Positions 38,021-49,604 of a stretch of 64,000 bases of DNA are shown one piece after another; position 1 is the first letter of the stretch; each line of letters begins with the position of its first letter. This stretch comes from Psilocybe cubensis (taxonomy: Eukaryota). Below the pieces are notes generated by a model, which made no database searches, was not told the origin of the DNA, and worked only from the letters and a program-made list of their open reading frames with translations. The stretch spans positions 186,001 to 250,000 of the forward strand of contig CM039010.1 in NCBI GenBank assembly GCA_017499595.2, in the 5' to 3' direction. A program made the translations under genes and the position numbers.

Positions 38021-41000
38021 AGCAAAGTCGTCGTCGTCAGCCCAATCATTGCCAGAACACACACGCTGCAGCTTACTATCAGTCTCATCGCTCCGGGCGT
38101 CGTGTGCCTGTTGTGCACATCTTGCGTGGTGGAAATGCTACGTCAATGGGGGTGTCAGCAACAGCGTGTTTTGGAGGGGGTAAAACTCACTCTGCTGGTT
38201 CACTCGGCGTTGTCAAGACCTGTAGAGCGCATTGTTAGCGCCGTCGTTGACAGAAGACATACCAAAGCGGCTTACCCTCAAGACCTCTAGAACGTATCGT
38301 TAGCGCCTTCGTCGACAGAGAACATAGCAAAGTGGCTTACCGTTGGGCCCACATCACGGACATACCACTCAACCCCAGTACTCACCGTGCCGTTGTGTTG
38401 GGATGCCAGAGCGTTAGGGTCGTTCTGTCCAGGTGCGTCGTCCGCATTCTAGAAAGCACTACATGGTAAAGAGGGGTCAGTACCAACGCGTCCCAGAAGG
38501 GCTACACCTCACCGTCGCGTCGCGCTCCATTCTGCATCCGCAAGTCTGTCAAACACACTGTCAGCGCCATCGTCGACAGCAAACACAACAGCCCGCTTAC
38601 CGTTCCCGAGCAGCCGCCATGCGAATCCACAAATGATGAGGGGAAGGATTGGAAAGAGGCCAGGCTGAGGAAGAAGAGAAAAGGAGGGGATGAGGGTTGA
38701 GGGGAATGAAGGATGCCAGCAAGGTGTGTGGTCTTTATATACCCGTGTTGGTTCTAGCACTAGTGTTACTAGTACGCCTTGTTACATGTCGTAAGTACTG
38801 AAAATACAGATTTTTTTTTTCTGTTTCGCTTAGTGTAATTTTGGGTTACGCGAGTGCGGATCGGGTGTCGATATTGCGAATTCAATGGCTTGCTTTGTAT
38901 GAAGTTTGGGAAAACACACCTTTGGGGTCAAAGTGGTGTGAATAGTTATCGGTGGTTCAAGACTTTAAGCCTTACATTTCAATCTGTTGTTGACGCAGTT
39001 ATCAATGTGAAGCACTCAATTAAAACATCACATTCATTGCAAGTCTGTACAAAAGATTGAAACACGACGAGACATATGTAAGTATTCAATATTGGATACT
39101 TTGCTTCAACTTGTATAACAGGATCTCTTGTTTTCTTAGAATAGCCGGGACCACAAATAACGACGGATCCCGTAGAGCTGCCATTCAATTTCTCCACACC
39201 ATCTCTGAGATTTTGAAAAACATCGATGGCTCGGGAACAGGTACGTACACACAGCCCTCAGACCATACGTACTTGACAGGGAAGTCGCGTTCTAGCACTC
39301 CCGGTGTGCGGACACTTGCTTTGGAGTCGATATGGGAAATCCATCTTCTGCACAACAACAAATTGAATGCCGCGATTCCTTCTAGCAAATCTGACGTTAC
39401 CCGTAGCCGAGGGTGTTTGGGCTAGTGTAGTTCCGGAGCCGAATTGAAGGGAAACGATTGGAATGGGGTTGAATGTTGATTTGGGAGAGGAGGCGGAGGT
39501 GCGGTTGGGTTGGATCTGGTTGGGGAATTCAAGTTGTGCTGATGGATTGGCTGCTTAGGGTGGTGCGTGTGGATACTCATCCATATTTTGCGAGCTAATT
39601 AAAGGTATTATACTGCTGTTTAAAGCGTTATTTGCATTGTAACAAAAGATGCGCACACTCGGCGCTTAAATGGTGTTCACAATCAGTGCAAAGTTGTACA
39701 TTGTACACCGGGTACTTTGAGTCTCAGAGACCCTCCTCACAGTATAGCAGACCCGATACATTTATTCAGGGGTCAACCGACAGTGGAAAACACGTATTGC
39801 AGCTAAAAACGTCATTTGAAAGAATGAGGGCATCTCAATCATGACTTTGCATAACGGTACGCACCTAGACCAAAATTTCCGACATACCAACCACGAATTC
39901 TCTTCTCAACGTCAGCATTACACCACCCCTAACATACTCCAAAGCCCCGCGTCCCGGAAAACGCGCAAAATCGACGTAAATCGACGCGCCACGTCTAATG
40001 TATCCCATACATCCTCGAGGGCCGATGTCATTGCTCTCATTTTTCAGACCTTCTAGGTTGTGTAACGGCACTTTAGCCGAGCCGAGTAGGTTACCGGTAG
40101 CGTAAGAGAAGACCCGCAACGAGAAAATACGTTGGAATTAGCATGGAATTGCGAAATGGGAGAGCGGGAAGCTGTGGACATGTACGTGAGTTGAAATTTT
40201 TGAAAGATTTTTCGTGATTGCTCACTTGGGATGGATGAAGCGAGTACTGTAGGGTACAGTGCATAGTCTTATAATAGATATGCTGCTGTGCAATGGTTTT
40301 GGAAGTGAGGTATGTACTCGTATCTGTCTGATTTCGTTGAGAGTGTATTCGGGCGCTTAATACTTTTTGACATCTGCAACTTTGCTCAGTCGTGCAGCGC
40401 TCGATTGAAACATTGTACAAGGTACAGTACACTACAATATACACCCCCAATACTCAAAATTCGCAATAAATGTGTCCAGACAATGAAAATGTGTGTTATA
40501 TGTGAATTCACGCCTCAGCAGGAACATGTGAAAGTTTTGGTCATTTGCGCTCCACCACGGACCGCCACCTCGTCAATGACGTATCCGACCACTCATGGAA
40601 GTATGCCAAACCCCCTCAAGTAGCGCAAATGCTGCAAACGGCCTTGGTACGTCTGCCACGTCGTTGTTACAGTATGTGATCGAGTACATCTTCCAGAGGC
40701 CTTCTGGGCTCTTGAACACCGAATTGAAACGTTATTCGTTAACCGAGCAGTACTTAAACAGTCTATATTAAGGTCTGTAAGGAATGGAAACGATTGAAAG
40801 CACGTAAACTGATGAATCGGGGGAGGAGGAAGATGTCAACGTTGTGAACATCTTAGAGTTTCTTGCTTATTGTATTCATTTGCGGTCGATGGGATGTAAT
40901 CTTGTATAGCTTGCTAGCTACACGTATCCGGTATGTACTGCGTCAAACTGCGAAATGCGCTGAAATGGAGGTTTGTGGGGAGTAAGTTATGTTTACATTC

Positions 41001-42460
41001 AATTTCACTTTAAATTCAACTTGTTTTTTGTAACAACGAATGTATTGACTAATCCTATCCATATTTTACACCGTACATTGGTCTCTAATGCTCTTAGAGA
41101 TCCGATAAACGCTCAAACTCTCCGGAACTGCATGCCACGTCATTGAATTTCCTCCAATCGTCTCGCGGTTTGACCCTCAAAATCCAGCTATTTTGACATT
41201 GTGATGCCTTTGAATATCCGAGACGCTAGTTTTATTGGAGTTGTACATGACGCAGGCTTGAGTTTGACTCAAAATCTGCACCAAAAGGTAAAAGAGGGGC
41301 ACGGGGTGGTTGTATACGCGATGTTTGATTGTTAGTTTCCGGGTCAAACGCCCATACGCTGGCTCTAGGTAATGTGTTCCCCAACATGTAAATTATGTTT
41401 CCTACAACAATAGACACCCCAATCCGTCACGTATGAATGTCAAATACGATCTAGCGTACGTGTCAGCCACGGCTCAGGTCAATATGACTTGATTTCTGAC
41501 CAAACTCGCCTTGAATCCCTTGTAAAGCTATGCCTTCCCCCAGCGGTCTTGAATAACTATATATTTGTGAGTCAAATCCTGCAAAAAGTCTTGTTGCTTG
41601 AGCCAAAAGCGCAGTCGAGCAGTGAATAGCGCACTTACGTAAATGTGGGCCTGAGTGTAAGATTTGAGATTAACTGAGATTGCGTTTGGAAACGTTAATC
41701 GGGCGAGAGTCCGACTATGCCTAAAGCGGATTGGTAAGAAGCAGCGGCGCTTATTGGATGTTACAGCACATTACACTGTACTGTGTCGTCATTGATTTAG
41801 GTGTTTGATACGCGTGTAGCTTGCTGCAATTTTTCAGTTGCCCTGAGACGTGTTCAGACGCGTCGCGTCGCGTTCAGGTGACTTGAATTCTGTTTATTTT
41901 TGGAGCCGGTGAGACGCATCGTGTGTCGTGCCAGCGAGCTTGTTATTTAATATTCAGGGTCCTAATGCACAAAATGCTCACGTAGTTGAGATGATTCTGG
42001 GCCGCTTGCACGTAACAATGGTTGAACGTTGTGAGGCAACGTTCAACAAAACCACGGGCTTCTACACGAATGTGGATGTCCGGGTCTAACCTCCGAGGCT
42101 GCATCGACACTAAATGCTGAGATGTGTACGTGTTGCAAGTTCAGAGGCTAACACTCGGGCATTGTTTTAGCGAGTATCGTAAGTGTATTTTTCTGAACAT
42201 ACATGAATTTGAGATATTGAGATACTCCACACTACATTGAGGTAGAATCCAGCTTGGAAGGCGGAATGCTGGGAAACGGGTGGCAGAAAATCGCAGATTG
42301 TAAAGGCATCCTAAGAATAAAATTATGGCATTTCAAAAAAGAAAATTTACTGACCTCGTAATGTTCGGAAACGAGGTTCGGACTAGTCCAACTGATGAAG
42401 CTAGAGAAAATGAGGTGATGTGCTAGTAAAATGTAACGCAAGCCTTGGCAAAAAAAAGAG

Positions 42461-44300
42461 TATAAAGAGGGACTCACATTTCATGAACACTAGCCGTGCG
42501 TTATGCCCCAATGCTGGAGGCATGCTACCGACCACTCTATGCTGTGTTTGGCATGACCAAACACGCGTCACGTCTTGACTTTGATCCACCATCATGGGTA
42601 CGTTCTCTTCGTTTCATACAGTTTTCACGGTGCTCACAATGTGTTCAGGCTTCAATTCAAGATCCGAACGTCCGGAGAACGCTGCTGGGAAGAGGTAACA
42701 GGTACGTGTATTTCTTTTTTGTGTTGACACCTGTACTGACTCTTTATTAGTTGGCTACACGTCGACAGGCATTGAGAATAGAAGGAGAGTTTATGGTAAG
42801 CAGCCCCTCTGTAAGGATCTGGACACTCCTAACCTTGTTTTGTAGCCCGTGTTGCTCCGACACGATATATCGCTTTCCCGCGACCAGCCTGTTCACGCCA
42901 GGTTGTCATTTGAAGGTTTTACGTCTAGGCTAGAAGGATGAGTTCACGAGTAAGTCGTTACTTTGTAGGGCTACTGAGTGTTTCTAATCCTTTTTTTGTA
43001 GCTCGCAATGCGTCGACGCTATGTATTGTTTTCCCGCGACCCACCCCACCTGTTCATTGTCGTTTGGCATGGAGACTTTGGGTCAACAGCTAGTAGTTGG
43101 TTTGAATGGTTGACATGATAGTAAGTAAAATACTCCGTGAGGTTTTGTATGTTGACTGACCTTGTTTTGTTGTCCAGAATGCTCTGACACTATGTATCGC
43201 CTTCCCGCGGCCAAGCCATCACGCCCCCCACACCCTCACGTCTCCTTCAACACGGTTATCGACGACCACATAATCCATGCCTCGTCGTTTTGCTCCGACA
43301 CGACGTATCGCTGTCCGGCGAGTCGGCACTTCTGTCAAGGCTACGTCGTCATTATTCAGCATTTGGAGACTTTGGGTTGACAACTAGGAGTTGGTTTCAA
43401 GATGGTAAGTTACTTTGCGAGGTTCTGTTTGTTTTCTGAACTTATTTTGTAGTACAGAATGCTCTGCCACTACGTATTGCTTTCCCGCGAGCAAGCCATC
43501 ACGCCCCACACTCCTCACGTCTCCCCCAACGTGGTCCTCGATTCTAGTGTGCCATACAATGTCGCTTTGCTTCAACACGACGTATTGCCGTCCGGTGAAC
43601 CTGCTCTTCTGTGGTCTACATGACCTTGCTACGACACAACGTATGGACGTCCGGCGAGCTGGCTGAGGGGAGTGCCCCAGACGTTTTGGAGTCCGTAGTA
43701 TGTTGACATTGGGACAGCTTGCTTTGTCCTGATGCCACATACCTTTTCCCGGAAAGCTGGGCGCACACCTCTGAAGACACGGATTTCCGGCGAGTTGGAG
43801 AGGGGGGGTGGTATTTGTCAATGGGTGGAATGGTCCATTCCCGCCACGCTGCTTGGACGCAACGTATCTGCGTCTGGCGAGCTGGATATTATGTCAAGGC
43901 TACTCATTGAACGGTCTACGACATCCGGGGTTGTTTGTTGAGGCGAGGGTTGTCCACCATTTTTCCCGACGCATTCCTACAATCTGCCTCCACATCCACT
44001 CGAGCCATTGTGCTCCCTTGAGTCCTGTTTGACTTGGAATAACCTGTGTACTCGACTGGTTGGAGGCTAGCTCGGCACTTGGAACAAATCCATGCGACTG
44101 TTTTCGTGGGGTAAGTTTCCCTTGCTTTCTCATGCTTACTCATTACTGACTTGCACACTTTTGGACTTGATGCACAACCATGACCCGGTAAGTTTGAGTA
44201 GAGATTAGTGACTTGTACATTTCGGGTGCAACTCTGCTCGCGTGGTAAGTTTCCCTTGCTTTCTCTTGTTTATTAATCACTGACTTGTACATTTTTGCAG
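42461..44300 (+). pseudogene. decayed multi-exon unit built from a repeated ~12-codon motif (C-x-D-x-x-Y-x-x-P-A-S)
   Basis: TATAAAG at 42461, repeated GTAAG..YAG introns, nine motif copies between 42853 and 43885, ~290-bp exon+intron tandem duplication; stops present. Confidence 0.5.
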
Positions 44301-44763
44301 TTACCTTAACTCCAGTTTCCCTTCAGTAGATAGACCGGTTACGCCCCTGCTTGGCCTTCGGGCGGGGCTAACCTCTGCTAGTACGATAAATTGAAGGTGT
44401 TGCGATGTATGGACTACACTGTTTTTTTGTGATATAATTAGATTTCATCATCTTTACACTGTCTACCGAGTCAAAACACGCCAGAAAAATACCCAAGCGA
44501 GAGTGATCGCGCCGGCCTTTTCGCTCGCAGAGGAGGTGAAGGCGCGCGTTGAATTTGGTAATCTCGTTGATGGCGACATTGCACCAGATATGTCTTTCGT
44601 TTAGTGCTTTTTGTTGGAACTTTCTAAAGAGCGACGGTTCGGAATTACGGAAACTCGAAATCATGATACGCAAAATGTGTATCTAATTCGTTGTTTTTTC
44701 CCATTTTTGCTTCTTTTGATTTTCTAATTCTTTACCCCCTCTTTCTTGTTACACCCTGGACAG

Positions 44764-45786
44764 ATCCTCATTAAACACCGCGGCTCGGCTGATGCACTCA
44801 CTCTCGTCGAAAATATCCTGCGACCCCTGCGCTCACGACACGTCTACCTGTCGTATGACGAGCACGACCTCGTCACCGCGAACACACAAGCGGTCACACA
44901 CGCCGCGTTTTTGAGCATGGGGACAGCATGGGCCGCCGCACAGTCTTACCCCTGGGAGCAGGGCCTGTACGTCGGCGGAATCGAAACAGCAAAGGTGAAC
45001 CTAACACTCAGAATATACTCCAATGCATGGCACGTCTATGCCGGGCTTGCGATTCTGAACCCGGCTGCGAGGGTGCAGATTGAGCGGTATGCGACGAGCG
45101 CGACGGAGCTGTTTAAGATGATGCTCGAAGGTGGGAGTGGTGGCGAGGAAGCAAAAAGGCGGTTTAGGGAGCGGGTGGAGTGGGCACGGGATATGGTCTT
45201 TGGGGGTGTTGCGCGCGAGGGCAGCACTCCAGGCGGCGGGCGGCGACGGCGCCCTATTTTGTTGAGTGAAGATGTTCTGGACCGGTTCAGCCTCGGGAAG
45301 CTTCCGCCGCCATCGCCCGTCGACGGGTCCTCCCCCTTCTCCTCCTCACCTACTGAGCCACAGCGCCCGCCATCAAGATACCGCCCGAACTCGCACCTCT
45401 CATTGCTCGCTATGGTTGACTGCTGGGCGCACCTGTACATCAACCCGTACACGCACCTCACGCTCGCCGCGACGCCGCTCTTCCGGCTGTTCCTGGGTGT
45501 TGCGGAGCACCTCTTCCTTTCACCTACGTCGCTCCTCGAGGCGTCCATACATTCCGCGCTGCACGACACATGGCACCGCGCGGACGACCTCGAGTTTGTC
45601 TGTGCCGCGCGCGGGTGGAGTCAGTGTGTGAGCTTTGGGAGCTTCGAGGTGTATAGGCGGAGATTTGAAGAGACGCGTGCCTTCTTTGAAGGGCGGTTTG
45701 AGGAGGTGGGGAAAGTTGGCGCGGAGATGATCAGAGCTGTTATGGAAAGTGAGATCAAGAGGGAGGAGGAAGAGGGAGTTGTCTGA
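44764..45786 (+). pseudogene. TYR1: 5'-truncated TYR1 duplicate (last exon only, no NADP-binding N-terminus)
   Basis: Almost identical to 32201-33223, with intact splice acceptor and reading frame; upstream exons absent. Confidence 0.9.
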
Positions 45787-46398
45787 ATCACACTGGTGAG
45801 CTTTTCGTTTTTGGTTAGGAGTGCATAGATTGATATGATGAACTTGCGGTGTTTCCTAGGAAAAGTACGGTATGCGTTGTATATTTATCATGGTATTTTT
45901 TTCGTCCTATCTTCACGGGCACCTCGATATATGAAGTTTTATTTGTTGAATGGCGTTTTATAAATTTTAAAGCTGTGTCTTCTCAAACTCTGTTATATCT
46001 CGTCAAGACCAGCAGGGCAACACTGTAACCGCGGCACCCGTTCGTGCGCGGGCTAACATCGGGTCCATGATGCATGACCCGTTTCGAAGCTTGCAGTTGA
46101 TCAAGCCGACGTCAACATCCAGCAGCCCTTTGATGGTGCGTAATTTAGCAGCAGCACTTGGTGCTGCATCGCACCGACTCGGACAGCACATGGCTCTTCA
46201 CACTTGAGCGTGACCTCACTGCGATTAAGCATCCCACAGGGACTCACGAGAATCGCGCCTTGTGAGATTTAATGGGAGTTTTTTTTAGCATCGGCATGGG
46301 GTTTCTTCTTATATATGGGCGGGAGTTTGGATTCGCGGCTACAGAAAGTGCTATTACTTGCTTCTGATCCAGATAAAACTCTCTGCAAACAATACAAC

Positions 46399-47844
46399 AT
46401 GGCAAAAACGGCCTTTTCGCTCGCAGAGGAGGTGAAGGCTATGAACCGTAACTGTACGGTCTGTCTTCTCTAATAGATTTTCTACTCATACTGTTGTCTA
46501 TCGGTCAGGCCAGAACGACCGCCTGAAATTCCTAATCGACAAACTTGTACGTACATCAATGCGAATATCTCCTCTTCGTACGTATACTTACTGATGGCAG
46601 GTTGACCATCTTCACGCATACGTTGTCGAAACGTCATTAACGGCGGATGAATGGAGGTACAGATCAACTCGCTCTTTAATTACGAACTATGATTAATAAT
46701 GAAACAGTGCGGCGATCCACTTCCTCGGAGAGGCAGGGAAGGTGTGCGCAGAGACTCGTCAGGGTAAGTGTCAATGAATTCTGTCCTGCAATACAAAATA
46801 TTGATAATTTCCTGTTATCTAGAGTTTGATATCCTTTCTGGTGTCCTCGGTGTAACGACCCTCGTGGAAGATATCAATAACGGGAAACCGGCGGGAGCCA
46901 CGGAGCCTGCCCTTCTTGGTCCATTCTTCAAAGAGGACGCACATAAAGGTATATTATGCAAACATACGACAATGTAATGGGATAACTAACATGGCGTTTC
47001 AATTAATCCAGTCGAGAACGGCGACTCCATCGCATCCGAAGGAAAGGGTGACTATCTATACGTCGAAGGGCGCGTGCTCGACCTCCAGGGCAATCCAGTC
47101 GCCAACGCGACGATCGATACATGGGAGGCAGATAGCTCTGGTTTATACGATTTCCAGGTGCGTGGTGTTTGTGGGTATTTTGCGTGACTGAATGCCGGCG
47201 CTAAATGTTAAATGTTTAAAACGAAAGTATGAAAACCAGGAAGATTGCCGAGGGCGTCTACACACAGCTGAGGACGGTTCATTCTCATTCCGCGCCATTG
47301 TGTACGTTGCAAAACCCCGGCGAAAAAGGTTTTCAAGATACTCACTAGCACCGTTTGTTTTGTATTTTATCCAGCCCAGTACCGTACCCCATCCCCGAGG
47401 ACGGTCCTGCAGCAAACCTTCTCACATCGCTGGGAAGACACGTCTATCGGCCCGCACACCTCCACTTCGTCATCAGCGTACGCTTGACTCCTCGACATTG
47501 AAAAGAAACTTTATTCCTAGGCTAACGCTAAATTCATGTAGGCGCCAGGATACGAATCCGTGACGACCCAGTTCTATTTCAAAGGCGACCCCTACCTCAC
47601 ATCCGACGCTACATTCGGCGTCAAACCCTCGCTAATCGTGGTAAGCTTTTCGGCATCCTCCAATCAGCCAACTACAAATTCCTTATGTACTCAATAGACC
47701 CCTGAAATTGTCGAAGACCTTGCGCTGTCAAAGGCGCGTGGATTCAAAGACGCCAAACCCCATACGTATATCAAAAAGGACTTTGTGCTAGTAACTCCAG
47801 AGCAAGGTATCAATGCACGCGCAGCTGTCGCAGCGCAGAACTAG
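46399..47844 (+). CDS. intradiol ring-cleavage dioxygenase, copy B
   Basis: Same exon structure and iron ligands as copy A; ATG 46399, TAG 47842-47844. Confidence 0.9.
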
Positions 47845-48334
47845 CTCGTAGCCAAGAGTACTAAATAGTCAAGATGTAAAGAAATTTTGGAAATCCAGAT
47901 CAATGGTTGGAAATAGAAGCTTAAGACAGGTGAGAAACAGATATTCCATATTTACGCGCCAATATGCACGAACATTACCCAACGTTCCACAGGAACCTGA
48001 TTCTTTCTCATTTCACGGATAGCATAGCTCAGCCCCTCCGCCGAATCCTTGAAATCGGGCCTTTTTCCGGAATCACGGAACATGTATTTGTAGAATTCTT
48101 TCGATATGAAAGGTCCATCCTCGTCATTCATTTCCCATAGTGTTCCCACAACGCTGCGAAATCCGCAGAACTGTAATGCTGCTGCCAAATGGATAGTCTC
48201 GTCGGGAGTGAAGACATCTCCAGCTGCACTGAAGCATGCCGATAGAAAAGCCAATTCGGCATTAGGGAGTCTGGCTCGTATGATGTCCAGTAGAGGAAGA
48301 CGTCTGTCGTGGAGCTGAAACGGGCACTGGAAAA

Positions 48335-49353
48335 TGTCAGTGCAATGTCAGTGCGGTCAGTGCATGTCAGTGCATACCACAGCAATGTCAGTGCAAACTG
48401 CAGTGATGTCAGTGCAATGTCAGTGCATGTTTCCAATCATCTATAAATCGGTCAGGGTGTGTCAGTGCGTCCTGGGTTATGTTAGTGTATTGGTTAGTTC
48501 ATCGTGTGGTGGCAAAGTTTGTACTTGTTAAATTGAAAGTTGTGGGCCATGAGAAAGTTAACTTAGGGAGAATTAAAACATACAGTCATGGAATTTCTGG
48601 GCCAGACATGGCTAAATAACAAGATATAGAAGTAGACATATATTTTCTACATTTTCAAGTTACAATCTGGTGTACTAAATCAAGCATAGATGTTGGAAAA
48701 TGAATGAATTATGCTGGAATCATTAGATAGGCGCCTCAGAGTATTCCTCTGTATAATTGATCCAACATGCTTGTTTGACAATGATTTGGGATCATCCTTG
48801 GCTGCAGGCGCAACAATGCTTTGAAATATTGGCCTTGGCTTGGAGTGCGGTTTTTTAGTAGGGAGGATGTCCCTATGACACAGCTAAAAGGGAAAGGGAA
48901 CTAAAAAGTCCCATTGGAGCACCCTAGTTGAGCGGGTCTTTGGGACAGCTGATGGACCGGACGTAATTCATACAGTCTACCTATCTACCATTGTGTTCTT
49001 TGTTTGAAATAAAAGATAACATGATTATAAGGTAAAAACAATGTCAGTGCATCGTCAGTGCACCGTCAGTGCATGTAAGTGCACCGTCAGTGCAAGTCAG
49101 TGCACCGTCAGTGCAGATGCTTGGCGGTCAGTGCATGTGTCAGTGCATCAACTCTTAGCAGTCAGTGTAAAGATAATTCTAGGAGGATAGTAGATTTCTA
49201 GACACTTATAATCCATTCAAAATCCATCTAAGTAATCCTAAAATAAACATAGTTTTATTGTATAGAAGTACAGACTTCAATTTTTTCACAAATCCTAAGT
49301 GATGTCAGTGCATGTCAGTGCATAGACATTATATTGTCAGTGCATGTCAGTGC
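48335..49353 (+). repeat. clusters of (TGTCAGTGCA)-like 10-11-mers
   Basis: Arrays at ~48335-48428, ~49042-49170 and ~49303-49353; inverted copies at ~56627-56649. Confidence 0.9.
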
Positions 49354-49604
49354 CAACGTGCACTTACACGGGAGGCAAAGTCCAGCACGGTTAAATTTCA
49401 ACCGTGCCCGTCACGGTTGAAATTTTGGCCTCGTGTACTTATTTCAGATATCTGACATATGATTACATAGCAATTCCTTAAATAGAACACGCTCTTTTTT
49501 CGGCACTTCAGTGCGAAGTCGTGATTAACAACAAAGATCGATAAGCAGGAGTGCATCGTTTTTTGGTTGTTCTATCCATTCTGTGTACTAGTTTACCTTT
49601 GGAC

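Larger units (their letters stand above)
36381..44381 (+). mobile_element. non-autonomous Helitron-like insertion (~8.0 kb)
   Basis: Starts A|TC exactly where homology to the CHAT gene stops; ends with GC-rich hairpin 44343-44368, 9 nt, then CTAG|T (44378-44382). No TSD and no Rep/helicase ORF seen. The 5' boundary is less certain than the 3' end. Confidence 0.6.

Noticed and set aside
38753-38772. Cluster of CTAG/ACTAGT as an internal Helitron end
   Set aside because: No GC-rich hairpin at the expected distance on either strand.
38979-41417. Short ORFs in the middle of the 8-kb insert as Rep/helicase remnants
   Set aside because: No HUH Rep or PIF1 helicase motifs recognisable; fragments are too short and broken to call.
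48128-48531. ORFs 48128-48436 (-) and 48334-48531 (+) with Cys/Thr-rich repeats
   Set aside because: Translations of the TGTCAGTGCA array at the transposon end, not genes.
48335-49353. Short repeat arrays as a CRISPR-like locus
   Set aside because: Eukaryotic context, 10-11-bp units without unique constant-length spacers, no cas genes; explained as subterminal TE repeats.
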